This document shows, one piece after another, positions 17,794 to 26,704 of a stretch of DNA of 30,790 bases. The notes under the pieces were generated by a model. That model saw only the letters and a list, made by a program, of their open reading frames with translations. It was not told the DNA's origin and did no database searches. Origin of the DNA: a virus (Duplodnaviria > Caudoviricetes); IMG/VR virus record IMGVR_UViG_3300033076_001106, positions 1 to 30,790 of that record; one strand, given 5' to 3'. The position numbers and the translations under genes are program-made. How positions within the stretch are numbered: position 1 is the stretch's first letter; the number at the start of each line of letters is the position of its first letter.

Positions 17794-17801
17794 TATAAAT
17801 A
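17794..17801 (-). promoter_or_regulatory. putative late promoter motif TATTTATA
   Basis: Minus strand; 12 nt upstream of the ATG at 17781. Confidence 0.6.
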
Positions 17802-17806
17802 TCGTT

Positions 17807-19366
17807 TTAGTTGATTTTAATAGACTTATTTATCAATTCATCCCTTAATTTATTATAGAGTAAATCTAATTTTGTGTGTGCGTCGTAATCACTTTTAACG
17901 TAAGGTTTATTTATATTGTGTACGTGTGTGGTTAACACGTTATACACCGCGTCTATAAAATCTAATAATATCTCCCCCCTAACTAACGAATATGTGTTAG
18001 GTTCAATTTTTTCAATATAATCCGATTGTTCGTATTCGTATGTATTTAAAGTGGGAAAATCTATTTTTTTGTTAGTGAAATTGGTATCTGTCGACAGTAG
18101 GTAAATCTTATCCGCGGTCACATTACCAAAAGTTTGTTCAAAAGATGTTGAGTCGGTTTTTAATACTTTTACGACTTTTTCAACTGACTTAGTATTTGGG
18201 GTTACCTTATCTCTACTATAAACTAAACTTGACTTGGAAGTGGACCCTGGTAATTTGATATTATCAAATAGGGATAACCTATTAGTTTTTTCAGTACTTG
18301 TTGTTGACCTATTTTCAAATTCACTAGTTGGTCTAAAGAAAAAAGGATAAATGTTTGAATCCGATTGAGTCACAATCAAATCAGTTAATATTTTAAATGA
18401 CACAATATTTTTGAATCCGTTACTTTGTATAGTTGTCAGTTTGTTTCTGACTTCTTGATATATTAATTTTATTTTTTTACTCAATGTGGCACCACTATAA
18501 TCGGTGATTGAATTTAAATCACTTCTAAATGTGTACGTGTTACCTGATTCAGATAAGAAAACAGATTCTCCCGATAATATTTGAGTTGATTCAGTAAAAT
18601 TACTTGAATTATACTTCTTAGTTACGTTTGGTTTAATCTGATATAAGTAAAAATTAACGTAAGTTGGGTTTGAGAGATTATCAACATCATATTCAATGAT
18701 GAATTTTAGATTTGAATTCTCTGTTACAAGCTCTGTTTTTGTTTCTTCTGATATAAACTGTTTTGGTCCAAACTTTTTTAAATGTAATTTCGCAACTTTA
18801 TCTGAAACAATCGGGAAACCTTTAGTTAAAAGTTCTCTATTTTGATTACTTGAAACGTCTTTTTGAATGAGTTTACCACCTCTTAAAACTAAACCATCCT
18901 GAGTAAAGACGGCGTCAGACCCATATTTACCACCTACAGAATAATCTTTGTATTTCGATAATGCGTTCTTACAATTTTCAGGAAGAGTACCTTGTTCGTT
19001 TTTTATAATATCAACTTTATCTTCAACAGAAACACCATAAGATGTTTGAGATATTTGTGTATTAAATTCTTGTGAATTAAAATCGTATCGTGTTGAAAAG
19101 GGTCCCGCAATATATTCTTGGTTTACGGTCGTTTTATCCGTATCATAACGAATAATTTTTACCGCCTGTTTAATTTCAGGTATAAAATTTATGTTATTAG
19201 GTAAAAATGGTGAGGCAACAAAGGGGTCATCTTTACTCCAATGTTGTATACCCTCTTTAATGTTTGATTTACCACCAATATAATCATCATAATCAACTAC
19301 ACGAATTCTTCCTAATCCTTTAGGGTCATTATTGTCTATACAAACCCCTATATCAATTATTTTCAT
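17807..19366 (-). CDS. baseplate central spike/hub protein (gp5/gpV-like)
   Basis: N-terminal GVCIDNNDPKGLGRIRV...P..PNN...IPEI.QAV OB-fold pattern; C-terminal LVRGE.L...THVH (HxH). Confidence 0.72.
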   Translation of the reverse strand: MKIIDIGVCIDNNDPKGLGRIRVVDYDDYIGGKSNIKEGIQHWSKDDPFVASPFLPNNINFIPEIKQAVKIIRYDTDKTTVNQEYIAGPFSTRYDFNSQEFNTQISQTSYGVSVEDKVDIIKNEQGTLPENCKNALSKYKDYSVGGKYGSDAVFTQDGLVLRGGKLIQKDVSSNQNRELLTKGFPIVSDKVAKLHLKKFGPKQFISEETKTELVTENSNLKFIIEYDVDNLSNPTYVNFYLYQIKPNVTKKYNSSNFTESTQILSGESVFLSESGNTYTFRSDLNSITDYSGATLSKKIKLIYQEVRNKLTTIQSNGFKNIVSFKILTDLIVTQSDSNIYPFFFRPTSEFENRSTTSTEKTNRLSLFDNIKLPGSTSKSSLVYSRDKVTPNTKSVEKVVKVLKTDSTSFEQTFGNVTADKIYLLSTDTNFTNKKIDFPTLNTYEYEQSDYIEKIEPNTYSLVRGEILLDFIDAVYNVLTTHVHNINKPYVKSDYDAHTKLDLLYNKLRDELINKSIKIN

Positions 19367-19563
19367 TGTGATTTTCTATTTTCGATTTCGGTAATTATTA
19401 TTTGATGTAAATTTTCTATAGCTTCTAATTTGTGTGTTAGGTCAACAATGTGTTTTTTAAGTTCTTCGTGTTGTTTGAATAAAAAGTCTTCAGCATCGAA
19501 TAAATCTTTATTTGATTTGTTTTTTGCGTTTTCTACTATATTTTTTAATTTTTCCGCGTCCAT
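19363..19563 (-). CDS. small coiled-coil hypothetical protein
   Basis: 66-aa ORF filling the gap between neighbours; ATGA overlap. Confidence 0.7.
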   Translation of the reverse strand: MDAEKLKNIVENAKNKSNKDLFDAEDFLFKQHEELKKHIVDLTHKLEAIENLHQIIITEIENRKSQ

Positions 19564-19564
19564 A

Positions 19565-21523
19565 TTATTGTTTTTTACCTACACCTGTAATTAATCCCGG
19601 TGGTATTATCGCCCCACCAGCAAGAGGTGGTCCGGGTAATGTACCCCCTTTAAGAACTATTTTTATAAATGAATTTGCATCTTCCTCTTCAGTATACCCA
19701 TCAACTACCGATTTTACCAAATTTCCAATATCGTTAGATTCTCCATATAATGGACCTGTTGGTATACCCGCAGCTTCTAATTTATTCATTATGTTCATGT
19801 GTGCTCTATCCTGACTAAACCCTGGTAGTGAATCTGAGAATAATAACAAAATTGATGGTATTGATATTGGAGCTTTTTGAGATAACGCAGCATCAATTGT
19901 CGACAATATTGTTTGAAATAAATCATAACAATTGTTCAATTCAGTTTCTAACGCTTTCTTCAATAAAGCAATTAAAGATGTGATAATGAGTAGATATCTT
20001 TTGTATTTATTTTTAATAATTCTTTGTACAATATTTTGGATAAATGATAATAAATCTATTTTTATTAGTTTCCAAAATTCTCTCATGAATAACCAAAACA
20101 AATCCTTAATAATTGCACCAATCGCTTTGTAAAACTTCTTAGCGAGTTCTTTACTATTGATATAAACATTCGTTAGTCCCGTCTTAAATATTTTATACAA
20201 CATGATTATTGGTAAAAATATTTTTGCCGATAGTATTGACATCACTAACGCTTTAGGTAGATTGATAATAAAATTGTTTAATAAATTATTTAGGAAGGCA
20301 CTGATATCAAATGAAGAATCTGATTTTGATAATGCATCTTTAGCAACATTCTCTAATGTGTTATCAACCGCCTCATCTATATTTTGATTGTTTGTTAGAT
20401 AAATAAAATCCTCCACGTGCATATCATCAACAGGAATCTCAAAATTGTAACAATCTTTAAATTTTAAGACTCTCCTAAATCTATTTTGTTCATCATCTAA
20501 GTCTATACCTTCAACATCATCAAAATCAAAATAAACTTCAATGTCTTGGTCGTTTTCACTAAACATGTCGACCGGAGTTTGATTTTTTAATTCATCTTTT
20601 TGAGTATTTGACCCACAAACTTTAAATAATTTATCTATTAACCTAAGTGACTTATTTAATGATATTGTGAACTTACTTGAATCACTACAACTAGTACCTC
20701 CTTGTATTGTTAACATCATAGAGGTTTTCATAATCTCCTCTATATCGGGAAACTCTAATGATTCATAATAATCTTTGATGAAGTCTTGTACTTTTGTTAC
20801 ACCCGTTGTTCCCTGAGTAAGTCCAGTAATTAAAAATTGTTGAGTAGATGCACTCCATTGGGATGTAAATAGATTTTTACCATTATTTGATGAATAGGTG
20901 TATGTACCACCTGACGACATTAAATTGTAAAATTTTCTATTTGTTTTCTGTTTGTTTTTATCAGGAGATTCTCTTTCATATATTAATTGACCACAGTCTG
21001 AATCTGGGTCGATTGTGAATATATCTAAAAAATCAAATTCATCTGGTTTTAGTACAATTGAATCAACATTAAAAACGGATTGACTGCCGCAGATTCCGTC
21101 ACCCATAAAAAGAGCTTCTGAAAAATGTTTAATTGCGATTTGTTTTGCGGATTTTAAAGTTGTTTTAGATGCGGAGACCGCATATCTTTTGATTTTACCT
21201 TTTACGGGATTTTTGTCAACGTTTACGGTTATACCATCATTTATTGTTGATGTACTATCCGTTTTAGTTTTTTTATTGGTTGTGATAAATTGTTCACACA
21301 CATCCAATAAATCTTTAAAAATGTCTTTGTTGTTTTCTACTTTGGATTTAAGTTTATTTTTTAAATCACTACTTTTTTTAGAAAATAATTCATTTGGGTC
21401 AGGTATATTTTTTTGGTAGGAATCGGCAATATTACCTAATGAACCTTTTGGGTCGTCATTTATTTTTTTGATTGCCTCAATTTGAGCCTGAAGTTTTTTT
21501 TTGGTTTCTTTAGAATTACTCAT
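19565..21523 (-). CDS. large hypothetical protein, possibly tail/baseplate-associated
   Basis: 652-aa ORF in an operon with the spike-like gene; long hydrophobic/amphipathic helices in the C-terminal third. Confidence 0.75.
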   Translation of the reverse strand: MSNSKETKKKLQAQIEAIKKINDDPKGSLGNIADSYQKNIPDPNELFSKKSSDLKNKLKSKVENNKDIFKDLLDVCEQFITTNKKTKTDSTSTINDGITVNVDKNPVKGKIKRYAVSASKTTLKSAKQIAIKHFSEALFMGDGICGSQSVFNVDSIVLKPDEFDFLDIFTIDPDSDCGQLIYERESPDKNKQKTNRKFYNLMSSGGTYTYSSNNGKNLFTSQWSASTQQFLITGLTQGTTGVTKVQDFIKDYYESLEFPDIEEIMKTSMMLTIQGGTSCSDSSKFTISLNKSLRLIDKLFKVCGSNTQKDELKNQTPVDMFSENDQDIEVYFDFDDVEGIDLDDEQNRFRRVLKFKDCYNFEIPVDDMHVEDFIYLTNNQNIDEAVDNTLENVAKDALSKSDSSFDISAFLNNLLNNFIINLPKALVMSILSAKIFLPIIMLYKIFKTGLTNVYINSKELAKKFYKAIGAIIKDLFWLFMREFWKLIKIDLLSFIQNIVQRIIKNKYKRYLLIITSLIALLKKALETELNNCYDLFQTILSTIDAALSQKAPISIPSILLLFSDSLPGFSQDRAHMNIMNKLEAAGIPTGPLYGESNDIGNLVKSVVDGYTEEEDANSFIKIVLKGGTLPGPPLAGGAIIPPGLITGVGKKQ

Positions 21524-21897
21524 TAGTCTCTATATGTTCCTGACGATTCTCCCTCAGTATCATTCATCAGTTTTTCCAATATAACCCTATCTTCATCGGT
21601 AAGTTGTAATTTACCACCACCTGAATTAGGTCCACTTCCTTGAGTTTGTTTTAGTAAAGCACCTTGGAGTTTAACTAACGAAATCTTTTTTTCAGTACAA
21701 TCGTTTAGTATTTTTTGTTGTTCTTTAATGACGGGACCAATAACACTCATATCTTCAGCGTCTTTCATAAATGTTAACATTTTTTTTGTTATCATTGATG
21801 CCGTGTTTTTTTGCTCTACGATATCATTATAAATTTCTTGCATTAATGCTAATGCCGAGTCAGTATCTAATGATATTATGTTTTTCTTTTCCCTCAT
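21523..21897 (-). CDS. hypothetical helical protein
   Basis: 124-aa coiled-coil ORF; TAATG overlap with the next gene; late motif upstream. Confidence 0.75.
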   Translation of the reverse strand: MREKKNIISLDTDSALALMQEIYNDIVEQKNTASMITKKMLTFMKDAEDMSVIGPVIKEQQKILNDCTEKKISLVKLQGALLKQTQGSGPNSGGGKLQLTDEDRVILEKLMNDTEGESSGTYRD

Positions 21898-21901
21898 AAT
21901 A

Positions 21902-21909
21902 TATAAATA
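21902..21909 (-). promoter_or_regulatory. putative late promoter motif TATTTATA
   Basis: Minus strand; 4-nt gap to the ATG at 21897. Confidence 0.6.
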
Positions 21910-21918
21910 GAGAAATAG

Positions 21919-22617
21919 TTAATTTATGAATCCAACCATTATACCCTCATAAACCTTTTTATATCTTTTTAATGATAGTCTAATTTCTTTTGTGGATAGA
22001 GAGGTCATTTCTCGTAATGATAATAAGATTAGGTTTTTGTTAAATTTATTACCTTCCCCAACCTGAAATATTTTTTCAAAATTGCTGAAGATTTCTATTA
22101 ACGCGTACCCTAATTTTTGTTCGTTATCATTTAATTCTTCACTTTCCATAAATGACTCCAATTCATTTATGAACTTAATTATAACATCTTTATAATCAAT
22201 GTTGTATTCATCAATAGAATACGAATGTTCTGTGCTTTCTTCTAAATCGGATGAAATGTCATCATAAGAGACACTTCTATTCATTTCTTTAGTGTCCTTT
22301 TGAATCGCACCCATCAGGTAATTTTTACAGATGGTCCCGAAATAAGAATAAGCTTTATGGTTTTTCGTGTGGTCGAATTTGTTAATTTTTGTCATTAGAA
22401 ATGACATTGTATCTGCGTGTATGTCCACAAATTCAAAATCTTTTCTGTACAATTTATAACGTCGAATTATACTTTCGACCATTATTGTGAGAGGTTCTCT
22501 TAAATATTCGTTGAATATCTTATTCTTTTCTGTATCGGATTCGGATTCTAAGTATCTTACAACCGCTTGTTCTTGCTCCTCCCCAAAATATATTTTTTGG
22601 GTTCGTTTTCGCGGCAT
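21919..22617 (-). CDS. phage sigma factor (T4 gp55-like / sigma70 region 2)
   Basis: N-terminal YF...EQAVVRY and region-2 pattern D....FLMTKINKFDHTKNHKAYSYFGTICKNYL. Confidence 0.72.
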   Translation of the reverse strand: MPRKRTQKIYFGEEQEQAVVRYLESESDTEKNKIFNEYLREPLTIMVESIIRRYKLYRKDFEFVDIHADTMSFLMTKINKFDHTKNHKAYSYFGTICKNYLMGAIQKDTKEMNRSVSYDDISSDLEESTEHSYSIDEYNIDYKDVIIKFINELESFMESEELNDNEQKLGYALIEIFSNFEKIFQVGEGNKFNKNLILLSLREMTSLSTKEIRLSLKRYKKVYEGIMVGFIN

Positions 22618-22620
22618 ATA

Positions 22621-23400
22621 TTAATTCTCTACATAGTTTATGTCTCTGTTATTTTTAAAGAAAAATTCTTTCTTAGCAGCATCCAACCAAAATTTCACTT
22701 CTTCTTGTGAAAGTTTCATGTTTTCAGAATTTTTGTAATTCCAAAATAGAGAATCTTCTCTGAAATTTACGTGTTGGTACCCTAATCTTGGGATTGTCAT
22801 AACAATAACATTGTTGTGTGTTAACCTAAGTAAAAACTCATAACCAAACGTTAATTTAATATTTGATTTAAGTTTACCATATTCGGAAACAACTGAAGTT
22901 TTGTACAGACCTCCATTAATTTGGAAATTTTGATACTCTAACAAAGCTTCGTTGTCTAAAAATCCTTGTTTATCTGTAAATCCATAAGCCCAAGTTGATT
23001 CGTTGGTATAACTTAAAAATTTACCTTCTACGTTAATGTCTTTTACCAAGCTTAAAAACGCACTTACATCGGGATTTTCTTTTCTATATGAATTAACTAA
23101 GGATAACCAATTTTTATGGTATTCGTCGTCAACCTCAATGATTGAAAACCACTCGGTATCACATTTCTCAATACCGAGATTAACCTGTGAACAAAAGTCA
23201 TAATCACCACTATTCTCGATTATGTTATATTCTAAATTTGTTTGTTCAATTTTTATTTTTGAAACAACTTCTGACGGACCAACGATTAATAATTTAACGT
23301 CGTTGTAAAATTGTTCAACAGAACTAAACGCGTTTTTAAACATCGTTTCATATTCTTCATCCCATTTGTGGATTGGTAAAATTATTGATATGTCTTTCAT
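22621..23400 (-). CDS. glycosyltransferase, GT-A fold (family 2-like)
   Basis: DISIILPIH N-terminus; NLGI..CDTEWFSIIEVDD (DxD-region variant); YEFLLRL. Confidence 0.8.
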   Translation of the reverse strand: MKDISIILPIHKWDEEYETMFKNAFSSVEQFYNDVKLLIVGPSEVVSKIKIEQTNLEYNIIENSGDYDFCSQVNLGIEKCDTEWFSIIEVDDEYHKNWLSLVNSYRKENPDVSAFLSLVKDINVEGKFLSYTNESTWAYGFTDKQGFLDNEALLEYQNFQINGGLYKTSVVSEYGKLKSNIKLTFGYEFLLRLTHNNVIVMTIPRLGYQHVNFREDSLFWNYKNSENMKLSQEEVKFWLDAAKKEFFFKNNRDINYVEN

Positions 23401-24470
23401 GCTACTTCTTCTTTGTTTTCTTCTTTTATTTTATTCAACGCTTTTTCAATTGCGTCAATTCTTTTATTGATAAATGAGTCAAAAATATTCAAGATGTTAC
23501 TTTTCGTAATATCTGTATCATAAGGTAATAAGGTGTCTTTCATTTTATTTTTAACATCATCGTTAAGCTCAACACCTTCTAACCAAGCATTGATGTAAGT
23601 TCCGAGGATTTCAACGATTTTGGAATCATCATACGTCCACATACCATTTTCACTCAACCAATCTGGTTCGTTTTTAGGTATCTTACCAATTACCGGTACT
23701 CCTGATTTCATTGATTCTAACGGGAATGTACCAAAAGTTGAATCATCATCAACCCAAACAGAGACAACACATTCTTTTAGATTATTAGCAAAATCCTCAT
23801 AAGACATATTCACCATATCTCTAAATGTTAACCATCTTAAATGTGGGTATCTAATATAGAATTCAGATATAATTTTTTTGTTTGTTGACCTGTCTTTGCA
23901 CAATATTGAAATAATCGGTTTCGTGTTTTTATCACTAACTTTAAATTCGTCACCAATAATTGGTGGAATAATGTGAACTAATGATTCAGGAAATATTTCT
24001 GAGATATATTTTTTGGAAAACTCAGTTGTTGTGATTACTCTATCAAACCCATAATCAGACCATCTACTACCAATTGGTAATGTTTCAAAAATATACTCTT
24101 TTTGTTGTACTAACATGATTTTCACACATCTGATGTTTGCCATCGATTCTAGTACATTAGAGTAGTATTCCGGAACAACAATAACGTCTTCAATTTTTAT
24201 CTCTACTCGGTCATCTTTAATGGTAACAACTTCCAATTCTGAATACGTTTCCCCTAACCAATTTTTTACCCCTGAATATGTTTTATCCTCCACAAGTAAT
24301 TTAGAGTTGTACCCATTTTGTTTCAATGTTAAAGCAATATCGTAGATATGTTTAACCGATGCTCTTGGATTGTTCTTTGTGTCGTACACCAAAAAATATA
24401 TGGTGTTAGTTTTGTTGTTTAGATTTTCTAAAGCAACTGATAGTTTTTCTATGTTTTCTTTGTTATTCAT
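23397..24470 (-). CDS. glycosyltransferase, GT-B fold (family 4-like)
   Basis: VIVVPE, VITTTEFSKKYI, IIPP.I and TFGTFPLESMKSGVPVIG donor-binding motif. Confidence 0.8.
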   Translation of the reverse strand: MNNKENIEKLSVALENLNNKTNTIYFLVYDTKNNPRASVKHIYDIALTLKQNGYNSKLLVEDKTYSGVKNWLGETYSELEVVTIKDDRVEIKIEDVIVVPEYYSNVLESMANIRCVKIMLVQQKEYIFETLPIGSRWSDYGFDRVITTTEFSKKYISEIFPESLVHIIPPIIGDEFKVSDKNTKPIISILCKDRSTNKKIISEFYIRYPHLRWLTFRDMVNMSYEDFANNLKECVVSVWVDDDSTFGTFPLESMKSGVPVIGKIPKNEPDWLSENGMWTYDDSKIVEILGTYINAWLEGVELNDDVKNKMKDTLLPYDTDITKSNILNIFDSFINKRIDAIEKALNKIKEENKEEVA

Positions 24471-24744
24471 CTTCTGATATTAATATGTCATATTTTATTA
24501 GTGTGTTATAAGCAATTTTAAAAGATATTGATAAACCTGAGTTTCCAAATTCACCTAATTCTTCGTCAGCTTCTTCAAATTCATTTAGTACTCTTTCAAT
24601 ACAAGTTTTTATTATTTCATATTTAAAGAGATTTATTTCTAATGATGTGGTTCCGTCTTCATTTTGGATTTCATTACCCGTTTGACATTTTTGACTGATT
24701 CCATCAACATCGATATAATAGTTTTTACCGAAAATTTCAACCAT
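24463..24744 (-). CDS. hypothetical protein
   Basis: 93-aa ORF with an A-rich start context; 8-nt overlap with the downstream glycosyltransferase. Confidence 0.7.
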   Translation of the reverse strand: MVEIFGKNYYIDVDGISQKCQTGNEIQNEDGTTSLEINLFKYEIIKTCIERVLNEFEEADEELGEFGNSGLSISFKIAYNTLIKYDILISEDE

Positions 24745-25319
24745 GTTTTATTTATTTCTGATAATTTATTTATTTGTAGTCTATTTGTAAAGTTATTATT
24801 GTAAAACGTATTAAACTTTATAACTCTCTTATGTATAGGACATTGAGAAACGACATTTATATCGTCAGTAATCCACACATCACATTTTTTCCATAATTTT
24901 TTTATTTCACTTGGAGTAGAAAAAACAATATTGTCCGCCATTATCCCATTCTTAGATAAGAAAAACAATGTTGCGGGTTTAGCCTTACCTTTTTCACTCA
25001 AACCAACTAAAGTGATTTTAGCGTCTTTGTTCTCAAAAATAAATGTGTTTAATTCAGTTGCTGCCTGATTATAACTTAATCCAGCATGTCCATATATCTC
25101 GATTGGAAAATCGAAATATAAGAACTTATTAAATTCATCGATTGATTGGAATTTATATGTGTTCAATAAATTCTCAATAGATATTGGGGTACCATCTATA
25201 CCATAATCAAACTTCTCTTCCTCGTCTGATTCGGTATTTAAGAAATAATCTTTATAATGGTAATCAAATTTCTGTATTGTGTTTCTTAAAACACCATCAA
25301 TACTTACAAATATTTCCAT
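24639..25319 (-). CDS. HAD-superfamily 5'(3')-deoxyribonucleotidase-like protein with degenerate motif I
   Basis: IFVSIDGVLRN (canonical DxDGVL), T..FL...G, K..W..CDVWITDD and F...YN pattern. Confidence 0.7.
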   Translation of the reverse strand: MEIFVSIDGVLRNTIQKFDYHYKDYFLNTESDEEEKFDYGIDGTPISIENLLNTYKFQSIDEFNKFLYFDFPIEIYGHAGLSYNQAATELNTFIFENKDAKITLVGLSEKGKAKPATLFFLSKNGIMADNIVFSTPSEIKKLWKKCDVWITDDINVVSQCPIHKRVIKFNTFYNNNFTNRLQINKLSEINKTWLKFSVKTIISMLMESVKNVKRVMKSKMKTEPHH

Positions 25320-25324
25320 AAAGG

Positions 25325-25353
25325 AAATATAACATATAAAATATTATAAGTAA
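25325..25353 (-). promoter_or_regulatory. sigma70-like promoter candidate for the HAD-GT-GT-sigma operon
   Basis: Minus strand TTTACT-N17-TATATT just upstream of the ATG at 25319; coordinates approximate to about 1 nt. Confidence 0.35.
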
Positions 25354-25356
25354 AGT

Positions 25357-26073
25357 TTAATCGTATCTTTTCAGAATTTGAGTAATGATTGGATTTCTAA
25401 CAATGTCCTCATTTCCAAATTCAAAAACACCAACATTTTTTAAATCCCCAAGTCTAACTTTAGCGTCGTACAGACCTGTTTTTGTTTTGTCCTTAAATTT
25501 GTCTGATTGTTCTAAATCGCCTGAAATGAAAAACTTTGAATTAAAACCAATACGTGTCAACAAAAGTTTCATTTGTGAAGGTGTTGTATTTTGAGCTTCT
25601 TCAAAAACCAATATTGTATTATCAACATTCCACCCTCTCATATAAGCGAGTGCTGCGATTTCAATAAATCCCTCATCCTTTAATTTTTCTCTCGCCTCTT
25701 TACCAATTATTTTGTTTAATAAATAATATGAAGGATAGATGTATGGGTCCAATTTTTCTTCCAACCCACCCGGTAATGAACCTAACTTTTCTTCTGCTTC
25801 AACCGCCGGTCTAACAATGATGATTTTTTCATATTTATTACTGTCATCCCAAAGTAAATCGACAGCTCTTTTCATTGCTATGTACGATTTACCCACACCC
25901 GCAGGCCCAAAACAAAGTGTTATTTCATTTTCACCTAAAATTCTCCAATAATCTTCTTGATTCTTAGTAAGAAATTTTTCTTTAGGTTGTTTTATGATTT
26001 GCCTAATTCTGTCTTTTTTAGGTGTTTTTTTATCTTCTACGAGATTTGCGGTTTTTGATGTTGTTTTTCTCAA
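25357..26073 (-). CDS. phoH: PhoH-family ATPase
   Basis: GPAGVGKS, IIIVRPAVE, LG.LPG, LAYMRG, EEAQN, LTRIG, GDLEQSD and DIVRNP. The in-frame TTG at 26073 is preferred over 26130, which lies inside dut. Confidence 0.95.
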   Translation of the reverse strand: MRKTTSKTANLVEDKKTPKKDRIRQIIKQPKEKFLTKNQEDYWRILGENEITLCFGPAGVGKSYIAMKRAVDLLWDDSNKYEKIIIVRPAVEAEEKLGSLPGGLEEKLDPYIYPSYYLLNKIIGKEAREKLKDEGFIEIAALAYMRGWNVDNTILVFEEAQNTTPSQMKLLLTRIGFNSKFFISGDLEQSDKFKDKTKTGLYDAKVRLGDLKNVGVFEFGNEDIVRNPIITQILKRYD

Positions 26074-26098
26074 TTGAGTATTTTTATTAATATAATTA

Positions 26099-26704
26099 TT
26101 ATGCACCTGTAGAACCAAATCCACCCTCACCTCTTTCAGTTTGGGATAATTCGTCCACTTCTACAAAAGTTACAGAAGGATAAGGGATTATCATTATTTG
26201 AGCAATTCTATCACCCACTTTATAATCTAATTCATGTAATCTGACATCGTTTTTACCAAAAACTTTTTTAAATGTTGCTTGAATTTCACCTCTATACCCA
26301 CTGTCAATAACCCCAACACAATTTGTTAGTGATAAATCAGTTTTTCTAATAGAAGAACGAGGAAAAACTAAACCAACGTAACCCTTTGGTATTTCCATGG
26401 CAATACCTGTACCATAAGTGATGTCAAATGTTGTATTTGAAATAATTTGAGTGGCGACCAAATCCATACCAGCATCCCCGTCTTTTGCGTATTTGGGAAT
26501 GACCGCATTATCATGTAGTCTTTTTACCTTAATTTCGAATTTATTTACCTGTTCCTCGACTTGATTTTTTATGTCGTCACCCAGATTAAATAATAACTTA
26601 TTCAAATCACCCATTATAGATGTGTCATCTGAATCGTCATTCAAAATTTCTTTTTCTAATTCTTGGAGCCTTTTTATGTAAGACTCAATTTCATTTTTGT
26701 CCAT
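26099..26704 (-). CDS. dut: trimeric dUTPase with acidic N-terminal extension
   Basis: Motifs I-V: AGMDL, PRSS, GVIDSGYRGEI, GDRIAQI, RGEGGFGSTG. Confidence 0.95.
   Translation of the reverse strand: MDKNEIESYIKRLQELEKEILNDDSDDTSIMGDLNKLLFNLGDDIKNQVEEQVNKFEIKVKRLHDNAVIPKYAKDGDAGMDLVATQIISNTTFDITYGTGIAMEIPKGYVGLVFPRSSIRKTDLSLTNCVGVIDSGYRGEIQATFKKVFGKNDVRLHELDYKVGDRIAQIMIIPYPSVTFVEVDELSQTERGEGGFGSTGA

Noticed and set aside
26074-26130. PhoH N-terminus as given in the ORF track
   Set aside because: It overlaps the conserved dUTPase motif V. The TTG at 26073 after an A-rich leader is more plausible.
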